IMG/VR virus record: IMGVR_UViG_3300043172_000883
Coordinates: 1-63,607 of that record
Strand: one strand, 5' to 3'
DNA length: 63,607 bases
Origin: a virus
Lineage: Duplodnaviria; Caudoviricetes
The notes beneath the pieces were generated by a model, which saw only the letters and a list, made by a program, of their open reading frames with translations, was not told the DNA's origin and did no database searches. A program made the translations under genes and the position numbers. Each line of letters starts with the position of its first letter. The stretch's first letter is position 1. Of this stretch, positions 10,654 through 19,816 are shown one piece after another.

Positions 10654-11880
10654 TTGGTTCAGCTATGGGCTAAGAATAGTACCACCCACATACTATCAAC
10701 AGGTACTTTTAATTTTGATATTGATACTCCCATTGGTACAAGTGTCCAATTACAGGATATTGAGAATGGAGAGACATGCTATTTTTATGAGGATACTGGT
10801 GGAGAGGAAGTACCTTCAGGTCAATGGACTTACAGAGTAAATATAGGAAAGGGCGGTGGTGGTGGTTCAGATCCTACCTGTGATATCACACTTGCTATTA
10901 TCAATTCAAGTGGAGTCATTGTTGATACTATCCTAGGCCCCGACAACTACACTGGGGATGCAAATGCCGGAGTCATCAAAACTAATACAGGGAGTATTGG
11001 AGTTAAGACTATTGGAGCTACTGAGAGAGTAGCATTGATTATAGATAATGTGGTTGCTGGTGCTCGTCAGTTAGAAGTCAGATTTGATGGTGTAACAGAT
11101 GATGACACAGATATTGTCAGACCCCAAACATTAGAAGGTGAGACTTATTATCAACCAATTGATGGTGCACTAACCCCCTCGGGTAGTCTTGCTAAACAGA
11201 CAAGTAAATATCCTGTAGGTGAACTAACATCTAGTGGTGAAGTAGCATCAGCTACCATCTTTAATAAAACAATTGAAGGTGAGTTAACCTCATCGGGTGC
11301 TATAGCAAAACAGACATCAAAATATCCAATAGGTGAGTTAACCTCATCGGGGGCTATAACTAAACAGACAAGCAAATTCCCCGTAGGAGAATTAACCTCA
11401 GTAGGTAGTATAGTCAAGAAAACATTTAAAACATTCACAGGGGCTTTTACTCCAGCAGGTATTGTAGCATCAGCAACCATCTTTATTAAAACATTAATTG
11501 GAACTCTTACAAGTTCAGGTAACGTTAGTAATGCTATGACATATGTCAGAGCGTTTGCTGGTACACTTACAAGTTCTGGTGTTCTTAGTGGCCTTACCAC
11601 ATATATCAGATCATTTGGTGGGACTCTTACCACAACAGGTACTGTTATCAAGAAAACAAGCACATCAATTGCTGGCGTATTGACAAGTGCAGGCACAGCA
11701 ATCAAAAAAGGATTTAAATCATTGCTCGGAACTTTGACAAATTCTGGATCATTGGGTGCTGAGAAACGGGGTGTTATTGAGGTTTTAATAGGTATAACAG
11801 AAGAGGTGTGGGCAATTAAGAATGTTTCATGTTCACTTGTGGCAAATAAAAATATCAGTGATGAGGTTGATATATTTTAG
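10654..11880 (+). CDS. Putative virion fibre/adhesin with G-x-LT-S-S-G repeats
   Basis: About a dozen ~18-22 aa repeats (e.g. GELTSSGAIAKQTSKYPI) in the C-terminal half. Confidence 0.6.
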   Translation: MVQLWAKNSTTHILSTGTFNFDIDTPIGTSVQLQDIENGETCYFYEDTGGEEVPSGQWTYRVNIGKGGGGGSDPTCDITLAIINSSGVIVDTILGPDNYTGDANAGVIKTNTGSIGVKTIGATERVALIIDNVVAGARQLEVRFDGVTDDDTDIVRPQTLEGETYYQPIDGALTPSGSLAKQTSKYPVGELTSSGEVASATIFNKTIEGELTSSGAIAKQTSKYPIGELTSSGAITKQTSKFPVGELTSVGSIVKKTFKTFTGAFTPAGIVASATIFIKTLIGTLTSSGNVSNAMTYVRAFAGTLTSSGVLSGLTTYIRSFGGTLTTTGTVIKKTSTSIAGVLTSAGTAIKKGFKSLLGTLTNSGSLGAEKRGVIEVLIGITEEVWAIKNVSCSLVANKNISDEVDIF

Positions 11881-12236
11881 AAATAATCATCTATTTTATT
11901 ATTAAAACCTCTTTTCTTATCCAATTGCAATCCATGTTGTAGATCCCTAGCAATCTCTTCACTAGTTAGTGTTGGATCGATATGGAATATTGGCAAATCC
12001 TCTTTCTTCTTATGTAGATGACAAATATTACATTTCCATATTTCCCATTTTAATTTCATGTGGCTATATTCAAAAATACAATCATGGGGTAGACAAGCAC
12101 CATGAGGCAATTTTTTTCTATCATGATACATCTTTGCAACTATCCAGAGCAATCTTATATCAGCATCAAATGATTTATGATCTATCTCGATTTCTGGTGC
12201 ATCACCAGGAATAGAACAATACGCACAATCTTTCAT
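11877..12236 (-). CDS. Cys/His-rich hypothetical protein
   Basis: CxxC motifs; C-terminal NKIDDYF. Confidence 0.55.
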   Translation of the reverse strand: MKDCAYCSIPGDAPEIEIDHKSFDADIRLLWIVAKMYHDRKKLPHGACLPHDCIFEYSHMKLKWEIWKCNICHLHKKKEDLPIFHIDPTLTSEEIARDLQHGLQLDKKRGFNNKIDDYF

Positions 12237-12237
12237 T

Positions 12238-12507
12238 TTAAGCTCTCCTTATACATACTTTACAATCCACCTCAGCCCTATTCGTGGTTGATTTGACAAA
12301 AGCAATCTGACGACCACATACACAAATCTTACCATCTTTTACCAAATGGATCGCTAAAATCGTTCTTCGTGGCGTATCTTCACAATCTCCTTGAACGTGT
12401 TTTTGCAAACTGAATAAACTAATCAATGATTTATCACAATTAGGGCATACGAACCGCCCATATTCGATTTTAACCACGTAACTCATCTTCCAAGATGCTC
12501 CTTGCAA
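12238..12507 (-). CDS. Zn-finger protein
   Basis: FVCPNCDK...LQKHVQGDC plus a second Cys cluster. Confidence 0.65.
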   Translation of the reverse strand: MQGASWKMSYVVKIEYGRFVCPNCDKSLISLFSLQKHVQGDCEDTPRRTILAIHLVKDGKICVCGRQIAFVKSTTNRAEVDCKVCIRRA

Positions 12508-12915
12508 ATTTTACATGACTTGCACTTGTTACAACATAGGCTCTCATTCAATTCCCCATAGGCATGATTCAGACACCTATCACAGCACACAAGATCGGTG
12601 AGTGGCATCTTTCGCATTTTTCTAGCCATTTTTCTTATAATATGGCCTTTCTCAGCATCATTTAATACCAATATGCCCCATGCCTGGGTTAATTTGTAAT
12701 TAAGTGACTGGAATATCACCTCAATGGATGCTTCAAGAGCTTTTAGTTTATCAGCATTCATTTACCCAACTCCTTCATTAATTTTAGCCATATTTTCTCT
12801 ATTTCTAGTGCAACATTATGGCTTTGCATCGGATCCATGCCTTCATTTCTTAAAAGCCCTATAGTGTCATTAATTGCTATATTTCTATATAAAGAAGTCG
12901 ATTTCCAATAGTCAC

Positions 12916-13209
12916 TCATTCCTCGATCTTCTCCTTGCTTATTATCATAACATCACCAGTGAAATACACATACAACTTATCCAAGTTTTTTAACCCCATC
13001 TTTCGTACAAAATCATGGGGTACTGTCATCTTCATATACTGTCCTTTGATACTGTGGACTGCATATTTGCCCTTATAGAAAAACCATTTGGTTATTGATT
13101 CAATCAAATCATCTTGGTTCATATATATTCGTACGATCGTTCGTACAAAAAGGTTGTTATCGGCTCTCGGTTTAAATACCAACTTCCTAGACTGCTTATG
13201 AATTGACAT
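12916..13209 (-). CDS. AbrB/SpoVT-like transcription regulator
   Basis: MTVPHDFVRKMGLKNLDKLYVY...MIISK matches the AbrB pattern; divergent from the portal gene. Confidence 0.65.
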   Translation of the reverse strand: MSIHKQSRKLVFKPRADNNLFVRTIVRIYMNQDDLIESITKWFFYKGKYAVHSIKGQYMKMTVPHDFVRKMGLKNLDKLYVYFTGDVMIISKEKIEE

Positions 13210-16200
13210 ACCTTGGCACGCACGAAGATTCGGGTATATTTCCTGAACAAGAAAAATATATCACAGAATTGACCAAAGCAATAAATCCTCCGTTTACCAC
13301 ACGTTGGAGAAACAGAATTGCTAGTCGACTTGGCTTTGCACCAAGTATGAAAATGTTGGAAGCTAATAAAATGCTTACCAAACAGCTTCGAAAGATGCAA
13401 ATTATCAATAATCCCATCGCCACCAGGTTCCAAGGTGGTTCAGGTGGTGAGGCCATTGCATACCATCCAAATCAATATGAGCACATGTTTTACTCAGTGC
13501 TTACCAATTCAACTGCACGTCCTATGTTGAATACACGTAAGCGAGAATTATTCAGACAGGGTTTTGAAATCACACCCAAATTCGTTAAGAAGTGTAAGGC
13601 ATGTGAGGCTGATTTTGAATATGAGGTAAAGGAATGTGAGCTTTGTGGATCCTTTGATTTGCGTACACCAAACATTGCTGAGAAAGAATTACTTGAGGAT
13701 CTGATTGTAGAGAAGGTGAACAGGAATAATCAATCTTTGGTTGACGTATTGAAAGAATTACTCGAGGATATGGATATAACTGATGATTGTTGGCTTGCTG
13801 TTCGTAAGAATTACATGGAGATGGATGGTAAGATTATATCTGGGATCCCTATCGAATTATGGCGTGTCAATCCTGCTCATATGGCATTCAGTGTGACTGA
13901 ACACCGAGTAATCGGAGAATATGAATATACTTGTATAGATCATCGTATGTTTATCTCAAGCGATCCTTTTATACCATGTGAGGAATGTGGTAAATCGCTA
14001 CATGCTGTTATCGCTGTACAATATGAGGCGGGTATGCAAGAAATAATATTCAGATTCATTGCTGGAGAAATTATTCATTCATCCATGTATCGACCATCCG
14101 CACTTTATGGCTATCCAGGTGCACTTACACTTTATTATGATCTCAAATTGACCAATAAACAGGTTAAATATATGGCTGATTATTATGATGAGAAGAAGAT
14201 CGCCAATGCTTACCTGATGATACCCACTCGTAATGTCTCCAGTGTTAAAGAACATATGGAGGAGATGAAATTAAAATTACAGAAGGATCCGTATACTATT
14301 CCCTATACTATATACGATCCAGATAGCAAGACTGTCCCACAACTAATACGAATGGATGCCAGTCCTCAAGAAATGCAATTCATGGAGGTTCGTGAGGAAT
14401 CACGTAATCGTATGGGTGCATATTGGGGTGTTGCTCCCATTATGAATAGTGATATGTCCGCTGGTGGTGGACTTAATAATGAGGGTATGCAATTCACCGT
14501 CACCAATCGTGCCATGGAAGATGCTCAAACCACCATGAATAATAATCTGATAAGTCCTCTTACATTGATGTTTAATGTGATGGATTGGGATCTAGGCTTA
14601 CCACCAAGCGAGGAGCAAGATGAGGTGGCTGAGCTGGACCGTCAACTCAAAAAGGATCAAAGTGCGTTGTATAAGCAGCAATTGGGATTCAAAGTATCAC
14701 TACTACCAAATGGAGACTATCGATTTGAACAACCAAGCGAGGAGGAACTTGCGCAACAACAGCAAATGCAACAAATAGGAGAAGGTAATGGTGGTCCCAT
14801 GGGCGAAGGGGATCCTAATGAACAGGATACACCATTTTTTAATAATATCAATCCGCGTGGTGCTGGCAACCAGGCACTTGCGGAGAACCAATTCCAGGGA
14901 AGTCCAACCAAACCACAAGCGGATCATAACCTGGTTAAATTGCTACTGCAGAAGGGAACTCCCATCAAAACAGCCCTAGAAGTGGCTAAAGATCAGAATG
15001 GAGATAAATACAAATTCAATGATGAAATCCCTGATTGGGAATGGTCCGACGATTATGATGTAAAGGAATTTTTAACAGTTACGCTTGATGAGATCAGTCC
15101 ACACCCAGATTTTGAACTCAATGATGATGATATTCTGAAAGAAAGTCCCAGGGTACGACCAGAAACACTGGCTTATTATTTCAATGAGACAGATGAGATG
15201 CAACCGCTGGTGGTTGATGAGAGTTATAATCTACTAGATGGCTATCATCGCCATTATGTACTGAAAAACATGGACCAAAAGGATGTTCGTGTGGTAGTTG
15301 TAGGAGCCAAGTCATTGGCTAAGATGTACAAATTTTTTCTTGCCAAAGTAAAAGATCATCTACGAGCACCACCAGGCGGTGTTAATATACATGGCCAATT
15401 CTATCCTGGAGGACAATTCATTCCACAAGAAGTAATCGATGCAATGTCAGATGAGGAAAAACAGGCAGTGCAACAAGGGCAAGATGTGGGCGGTGAACCA
15501 GGTCAAGAAGAAAAGGAAGGAGATATCGAGGAATACCGAAAAGAGGTTGTTAATGAAAGACAGATCGAGCTAAATGAATATAATAGTATGTTGATGCAAA
15601 CAAATATAGAATTAGAAGGGTTAAATACTAGGCGTGATAAATTATACGAGGCAAATGAAAATTTAAGAAATGTTTTGAATAGAACCGTAAAACAACAAAA
15701 TAGGAAAGATGAAATAAACTGGGAATTATGGGAAATTTCTGATAAGATAACCCAAACTGAATCTGAAGCCACTAAAATAAATGTAAAAATAGAAAACACA
15801 TTAAAAAGAATGAATAACCCAGATTACGATCTAGCAGATAGATTATCTGAAATTGATGAAATAATTCATGCAGCATTAAAAAATGATACAATGAAGAAAA
15901 AATATCCAAGATGGATTAAACGAGAACAAAAAGATCTAGATAAAATTAATGTTGCAATAGTTAAAAAAGATGCCAGCTTGTATGATGTTGATTTTGTAGA
16001 GGATACTTGGGAGGAAACTGAACCAGTTTTGTTAGAAATGAAGGGGTATATGGAAATCAATATCAAAGAGTATAAAGAATCACTGGAGCAAACAGATGAA
16101 ACCAGTTTGGATGAAACTCTTTCAAAATATAATGAGGAGCATAAAGCATTACGAGATTTATCTATCAAAAAGGATGGAGAACATTGGCCATATTATAAAA

Positions 16201-16826
16201 ACAACGAAATGAAAACAGTGCAGGATCTTTCGGAACTAAAAGAAGCCGTTATGAACCAAGACACTTTATATATCGAGAATTTATTTAAAGAAGAACTGGC
16301 GTGGGCCATGGAGCGTTGTGAAATATCTAAAGATTTGTTACCTTATGGTGAAATTCGATTGGATATAGTAGCGGATCCTAATATTTCATATATAGGCCAA
16401 ACACAATTTTCAGACAACACAATTACCCTAAATTTGCCACTAATACAAAAAATAACTGAAAGTGGCTTTAATGTTGTGGTACTTCAAGAGGCAATTCGAC
16501 ATGAGATAGCACATTTTCTCACTGATTTGAAAACATATCCCAATTATCATCAACTACAAGAAGAATATCGAATGTTAGATTTTGATATAGGTGCTTATAG
16601 ATCCAAACCAGACAAACAAAGAGAGATGAAACAAAGAATGATTACCATTGTAAAAACAATAGATTCATATGATAGTCAGAAAATGGCCTCTTTCAATTCT
16701 AATAGGGAGGATACGTCTTTTAGAGAGGGGCACGGACAAGATTGGCAAGATACTATGTATGTATTGTTTGGTAGTAAACCACGACACCGAATGGCTGGTG
16801 GTGCAACCTTACCAGTAAGGAGTTGA
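13203..16826 (+). CDS. Portal protein fused to ParB/Srx-like and SprT-like metalloprotease domains
   Basis: N-terminal ~510 aa portal (LWRVNP, IIH...YGYP, GAYWGVAP, Zn-ribbon inserts); PLVVDESYNLLDGYHR (ParB-like); HEIAH...GHGQDW (SprT-like). Confidence 0.85.
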   Translation: MTYLGTHEDSGIFPEQEKYITELTKAINPPFTTRWRNRIASRLGFAPSMKMLEANKMLTKQLRKMQIINNPIATRFQGGSGGEAIAYHPNQYEHMFYSVLTNSTARPMLNTRKRELFRQGFEITPKFVKKCKACEADFEYEVKECELCGSFDLRTPNIAEKELLEDLIVEKVNRNNQSLVDVLKELLEDMDITDDCWLAVRKNYMEMDGKIISGIPIELWRVNPAHMAFSVTEHRVIGEYEYTCIDHRMFISSDPFIPCEECGKSLHAVIAVQYEAGMQEIIFRFIAGEIIHSSMYRPSALYGYPGALTLYYDLKLTNKQVKYMADYYDEKKIANAYLMIPTRNVSSVKEHMEEMKLKLQKDPYTIPYTIYDPDSKTVPQLIRMDASPQEMQFMEVREESRNRMGAYWGVAPIMNSDMSAGGGLNNEGMQFTVTNRAMEDAQTTMNNNLISPLTLMFNVMDWDLGLPPSEEQDEVAELDRQLKKDQSALYKQQLGFKVSLLPNGDYRFEQPSEEELAQQQQMQQIGEGNGGPMGEGDPNEQDTPFFNNINPRGAGNQALAENQFQGSPTKPQADHNLVKLLLQKGTPIKTALEVAKDQNGDKYKFNDEIPDWEWSDDYDVKEFLTVTLDEISPHPDFELNDDDILKESPRVRPETLAYYFNETDEMQPLVVDESYNLLDGYHRHYVLKNMDQKDVRVVVVGAKSLAKMYKFFLAKVKDHLRAPPGGVNIHGQFYPGGQFIPQEVIDAMSDEEKQAVQQGQDVGGEPGQEEKEGDIEEYRKEVVNERQIELNEYNSMLMQTNIELEGLNTRRDKLYEANENLRNVLNRTVKQQNRKDEINWELWEISDKITQTESEATKINVKIENTLKRMNNPDYDLADRLSEIDEIIHAALKNDTMKKKYPRWIKREQKDLDKINVAIVKKDASLYDVDFVEDTWEETEPVLLEMKGYMEINIKEYKESLEQTDETSLDETLSKYNEEHKALRDLSIKKDGEHWPYYKNNEMKTVQDLSELKEAVMNQDTLYIENLFKEELAWAMERCEISKDLLPYGEIRLDIVADPNISYIGQTQFSDNTITLNLPLIQKITESGFNVVVLQEAIRHEIAHFLTDLKTYPNYHQLQEEYRMLDFDIGAYRSKPDKQREMKQRMITIVKTIDSYDSQKMASFNSNREDTSFREGHGQDWQDTMYVLFGSKPRHRMAGGATLPVRS

Positions 16827-16830
16827 ATTT

Positions 16831-18738
16831 ATGTTAAAATATAGACCACCAACCCAAAAAAGAGAGAAAATACGACTTTATTTGAAAGCAAGAAATCCTA
16901 AACAAAATATGCAAAAACTTTTTTCACAATTAATAATTGGGAAAAAGATATCTCGTATTAATAGTGGCATGTTTAACAAAGGATGGATACATGTATCTTC
17001 TTTCGTTTCTACACTAGATGAAATTTATAATACTTATAAAATTAGTGATAAGATTAATCTTGGATTAACAAAGGTTATTCTATCAAAGGGCGATATAATT
17101 AAAGCTGAAGATGGATACTATATACTAGCTGGTCCTAATAATTGGGTCCCAATAGAAATAAGTTCCACGGATCTTGAGAAGGGATGGTCCAGTGAGAGTT
17201 TTAAGAGTGCAGTAGCACAAGGAGTGGTCCAGCGAGATAAGTCTGGAAGATTTGCATCCACTGGGACTAGTGAGGTTAAACCAGTTGTTACTCAAGAAAT
17301 CAAACCTAAACAACCCAAAATGAATGCCAAAGAAAAGAAAGTATATGATAAATACGTCCAGGCCCGTAGCTTAAAATCATCCCTGGATAAACAAATGAAT
17401 GATCTTTTGCAAAAAGAATCTTATGGATCTTATAGTGATAAGGAATTATCAGTGAGCCGAGAGAAAATTGAAAAATTAAAGCCACGAATTGAGAATCTTA
17501 ATGCAGCGGTTGAAGTGTTTGTTCAGAATACCCCTCAAGGAAGTGATATTCGTAAGATCAGAAAGAAGATTGATATGCACCAGACAAAATCTGAAGGGTT
17601 TGAATCTGAGAAAGAGGGTCTAATGGATGAATATCGAGAAATAATCCAAGCATATGATAAAAGTGATATTAGCAGCAAAAGCGGGAAGGAATTATATCAA
17701 CAACTCATAGATAAATCAGATGAGGTTGAAAAAATATCTAAGAAGAAAGAATACCAGGATAAACAGGTTAATGCCAGCCATCGTAAGCAAGATGCGATTA
17801 TGCGGGGATTGGCCCATCCATTCCAAGGGGTTGCTGATAAAATATATGCTATCGAGAAAAAAATTGGTAAAACAGATCGAAAACATAAGAAATTAGTGGC
17901 TGAAAAGGCTCATGCAGAGAAATATTATAATTGGGCCAAAGAAAATATAGATAGAAAGGACCCCAAAGGGTTTTATAAAAACACATATGATATGCGCGTT
18001 CGAATGCTAGAAGTCGCAAATCATAATTTAGAAGAATTTGAAAACAAAAAAACATTTGAGAATTTGGAAAAACAAAGAGGAGAGATTGCAGAGCTGGCAA
18101 AACAGACAACCCTCAGAAAATATGATTATTGGGGATATATTGAGGAGGATACATATAAGGGTGCAAGGAAAACTCATATGAATAAAGTATTAAATACCAC
18201 CGAGATTAGACAGTTGTTTAGAGAGGAATTTAATTATGCAATTGATCGTCTCGGTATCGATTTGAATGAACATCCAGAATTGTTGAATATAAAACTTCAA
18301 GTGACAAAAGACATGAAAAGTAGTTGGTTAGGTTTTTCCAATTCTTATACCCAAAAAATCGCTTTAAGACCAGGAAACACAGGAATTGAGATACAAGAAA
18401 CTATTAGGCATGAATTCGCCCATCATTTTGCAGATTGGAATATGGAACGTGATTACTATAAAGCCAAGAAGTTTTTGGATGAATTTACCGAAATGAAAAT
18501 TGAGGAATTTAACCAATCATCCTCTGAAGAACGAGGTCGTTTGAACAAAGAATACCAAAACTATCGTAATATTATATTTAATAGAGATCAAAAGAGATGG
18601 GATAATAAAAATAGAGGTCGTGGAGAATGGTCACAAGGGCACGGCAAATATTGGCAACAAACCATGCACGTTTTATTTGGGTCATACCCAACATATAAAT
18701 ATCATGGTGGTGTTAATTTCAGAGAGGAGGAAACCTAG
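16831..18738 (+). CDS. Coiled-coil protein with C-terminal SprT-like Zn metalloprotease; putative head cargo
   Basis: RDKSGRF motif, coiled coil, IRHEFAH...GHGKYW; paralogous to the portal C-terminus. Confidence 0.75.
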   Translation: MLKYRPPTQKREKIRLYLKARNPKQNMQKLFSQLIIGKKISRINSGMFNKGWIHVSSFVSTLDEIYNTYKISDKINLGLTKVILSKGDIIKAEDGYYILAGPNNWVPIEISSTDLEKGWSSESFKSAVAQGVVQRDKSGRFASTGTSEVKPVVTQEIKPKQPKMNAKEKKVYDKYVQARSLKSSLDKQMNDLLQKESYGSYSDKELSVSREKIEKLKPRIENLNAAVEVFVQNTPQGSDIRKIRKKIDMHQTKSEGFESEKEGLMDEYREIIQAYDKSDISSKSGKELYQQLIDKSDEVEKISKKKEYQDKQVNASHRKQDAIMRGLAHPFQGVADKIYAIEKKIGKTDRKHKKLVAEKAHAEKYYNWAKENIDRKDPKGFYKNTYDMRVRMLEVANHNLEEFENKKTFENLEKQRGEIAELAKQTTLRKYDYWGYIEEDTYKGARKTHMNKVLNTTEIRQLFREEFNYAIDRLGIDLNEHPELLNIKLQVTKDMKSSWLGFSNSYTQKIALRPGNTGIEIQETIRHEFAHHFADWNMERDYYKAKKFLDEFTEMKIEEFNQSSSEERGRLNKEYQNYRNIIFNRDQKRWDNKNRGRGEWSQGHGKYWQQTMHVLFGSYPTYKYHGGVNFREEET

Positions 18739-19113
18739 ATGAAGATATGGATGAAACGAAAGGAACTGGATGATTTTGTCGAGATGGTTGCCTTTGATAA
18801 GATGATACATGATTATGATTTCCAGGAACCAATGAAGATGGATAGTGAGGATCTTGACAAATACTGGATAATGGTTGGCGAACATGATGATTGTCGAATA
18901 TTTGATATGGATCCAGATAAAATCACATTCAATGAACATCGATATGTGAGCTACGGCAACTTATCTTATGGGGATCTTATCGAGAAAGATGGTACATTCA
19001 TCTTTTATGGAACGCATGTTGAAAATGGAGTAATTGATTTTGGTGGTCCAACAGATGCCAGCGAAGAGGATCTATTTGATATAGAGGGAACTACACATGA
19101 GCGTGGAGATTGA
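18739..19113 (+). CDS. Acidic hypothetical protein
   Basis: GGAGG RBS; coupled ORF. Confidence 0.6.
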   Translation: MKIWMKRKELDDFVEMVAFDKMIHDYDFQEPMKMDSEDLDKYWIMVGEHDDCRIFDMDPDKITFNEHRYVSYGNLSYGDLIEKDGTFIFYGTHVENGVIDFGGPTDASEEDLFDIEGTTHERGD

Positions 19114-19567
19114 TACCGCTGAGCTAGCCAAATTTGTTCTTACTGCACAATTGGCAGTGAAAGCCCTGGCCAATGAGATTGCTGATGCCATCGCTGATAG
19201 AATACTTGAGGAAGCACAAACCTTGTTATCACAGACGCCACAGATGTTAATACCAGTATTCGATTTCGAGGAGGCACTTAATTCTGGAGAAGTGATTAAG
19301 AAACGAGATAAGAAGATCGTTGCTTTCAATGCCGATGCTGCCATTATTGAGTTTGGTAGTGCCAGCTTTATTCCAGATTATGATAAAATATTTGCATGGG
19401 CGCAAGGTTATGGCTTTGATGATCCAAAGAAACAGGCATGGAAGGTAATTAACAAACTGAAAAAAGAGGGAATTGAATCACATCCCTTTTTCAGTTATGC
19501 CATTGCACGCGGTATTGCCGCTGCAGATAAGATTGCTAAAGAAATTACACTAAGTTTCAAAACATAA
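19097..19567 (+). CDS. HK97 gp10-like neck/tail-completion protein
   Basis: AIIEFGS...GIESHPFF resembles the gp10-like EfGt...a.PF motifs. Confidence 0.6.
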   Translation: MSVEIDTAELAKFVLTAQLAVKALANEIADAIADRILEEAQTLLSQTPQMLIPVFDFEEALNSGEVIKKRDKKIVAFNADAAIIEFGSASFIPDYDKIFAWAQGYGFDDPKKQAWKVINKLKKEGIESHPFFSYAIARGIAAADKIAKEITLSFKT

Positions 19568-19782
19568 AAGTATAGTAATCAGAGCTAAGGATAGGTATGG
19601 GTATACCCCGAAAAGTTGCTTAGAATCGCTTAGGTGAAGTCAATTTTTGGTGAATTATTATGCAATTACATATGACGCTGCTTTAACCCCTTGTACTAAC
19701 GTTTTATGTTTGAGATTATTATATCACCTAATTAATAGGGCATTCCCATGAAGTTAATATAATCATCCTCGAACGGTTCTAG

Positions 19783-19792
19783 ATTTATATAC
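19783..19792 (+). promoter_or_regulatory. TATA box of the capsid operon (leaderless start at 19817)
   Basis: ATTTATATAC ending ~25 nt before the ATG. Confidence 0.65.
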
Positions 19793-19816
19793 TAGGCGAT
19801 TAATTACTAATGTAGT

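Noticed and set aside
11151-11705. Long antisense ORFs (e.g. 11151-11705, 20401-20901, 28976-29386)
   Set aside because: Shadows of repetitive or biased sense-strand genes; no independent signals
13203-16826. Intein in the long portal gene
   Set aside because: No intein splice-junction (C...HN-C/S/T) or LAGLIDADG motifs seen; the extra length is a C-terminal fusion
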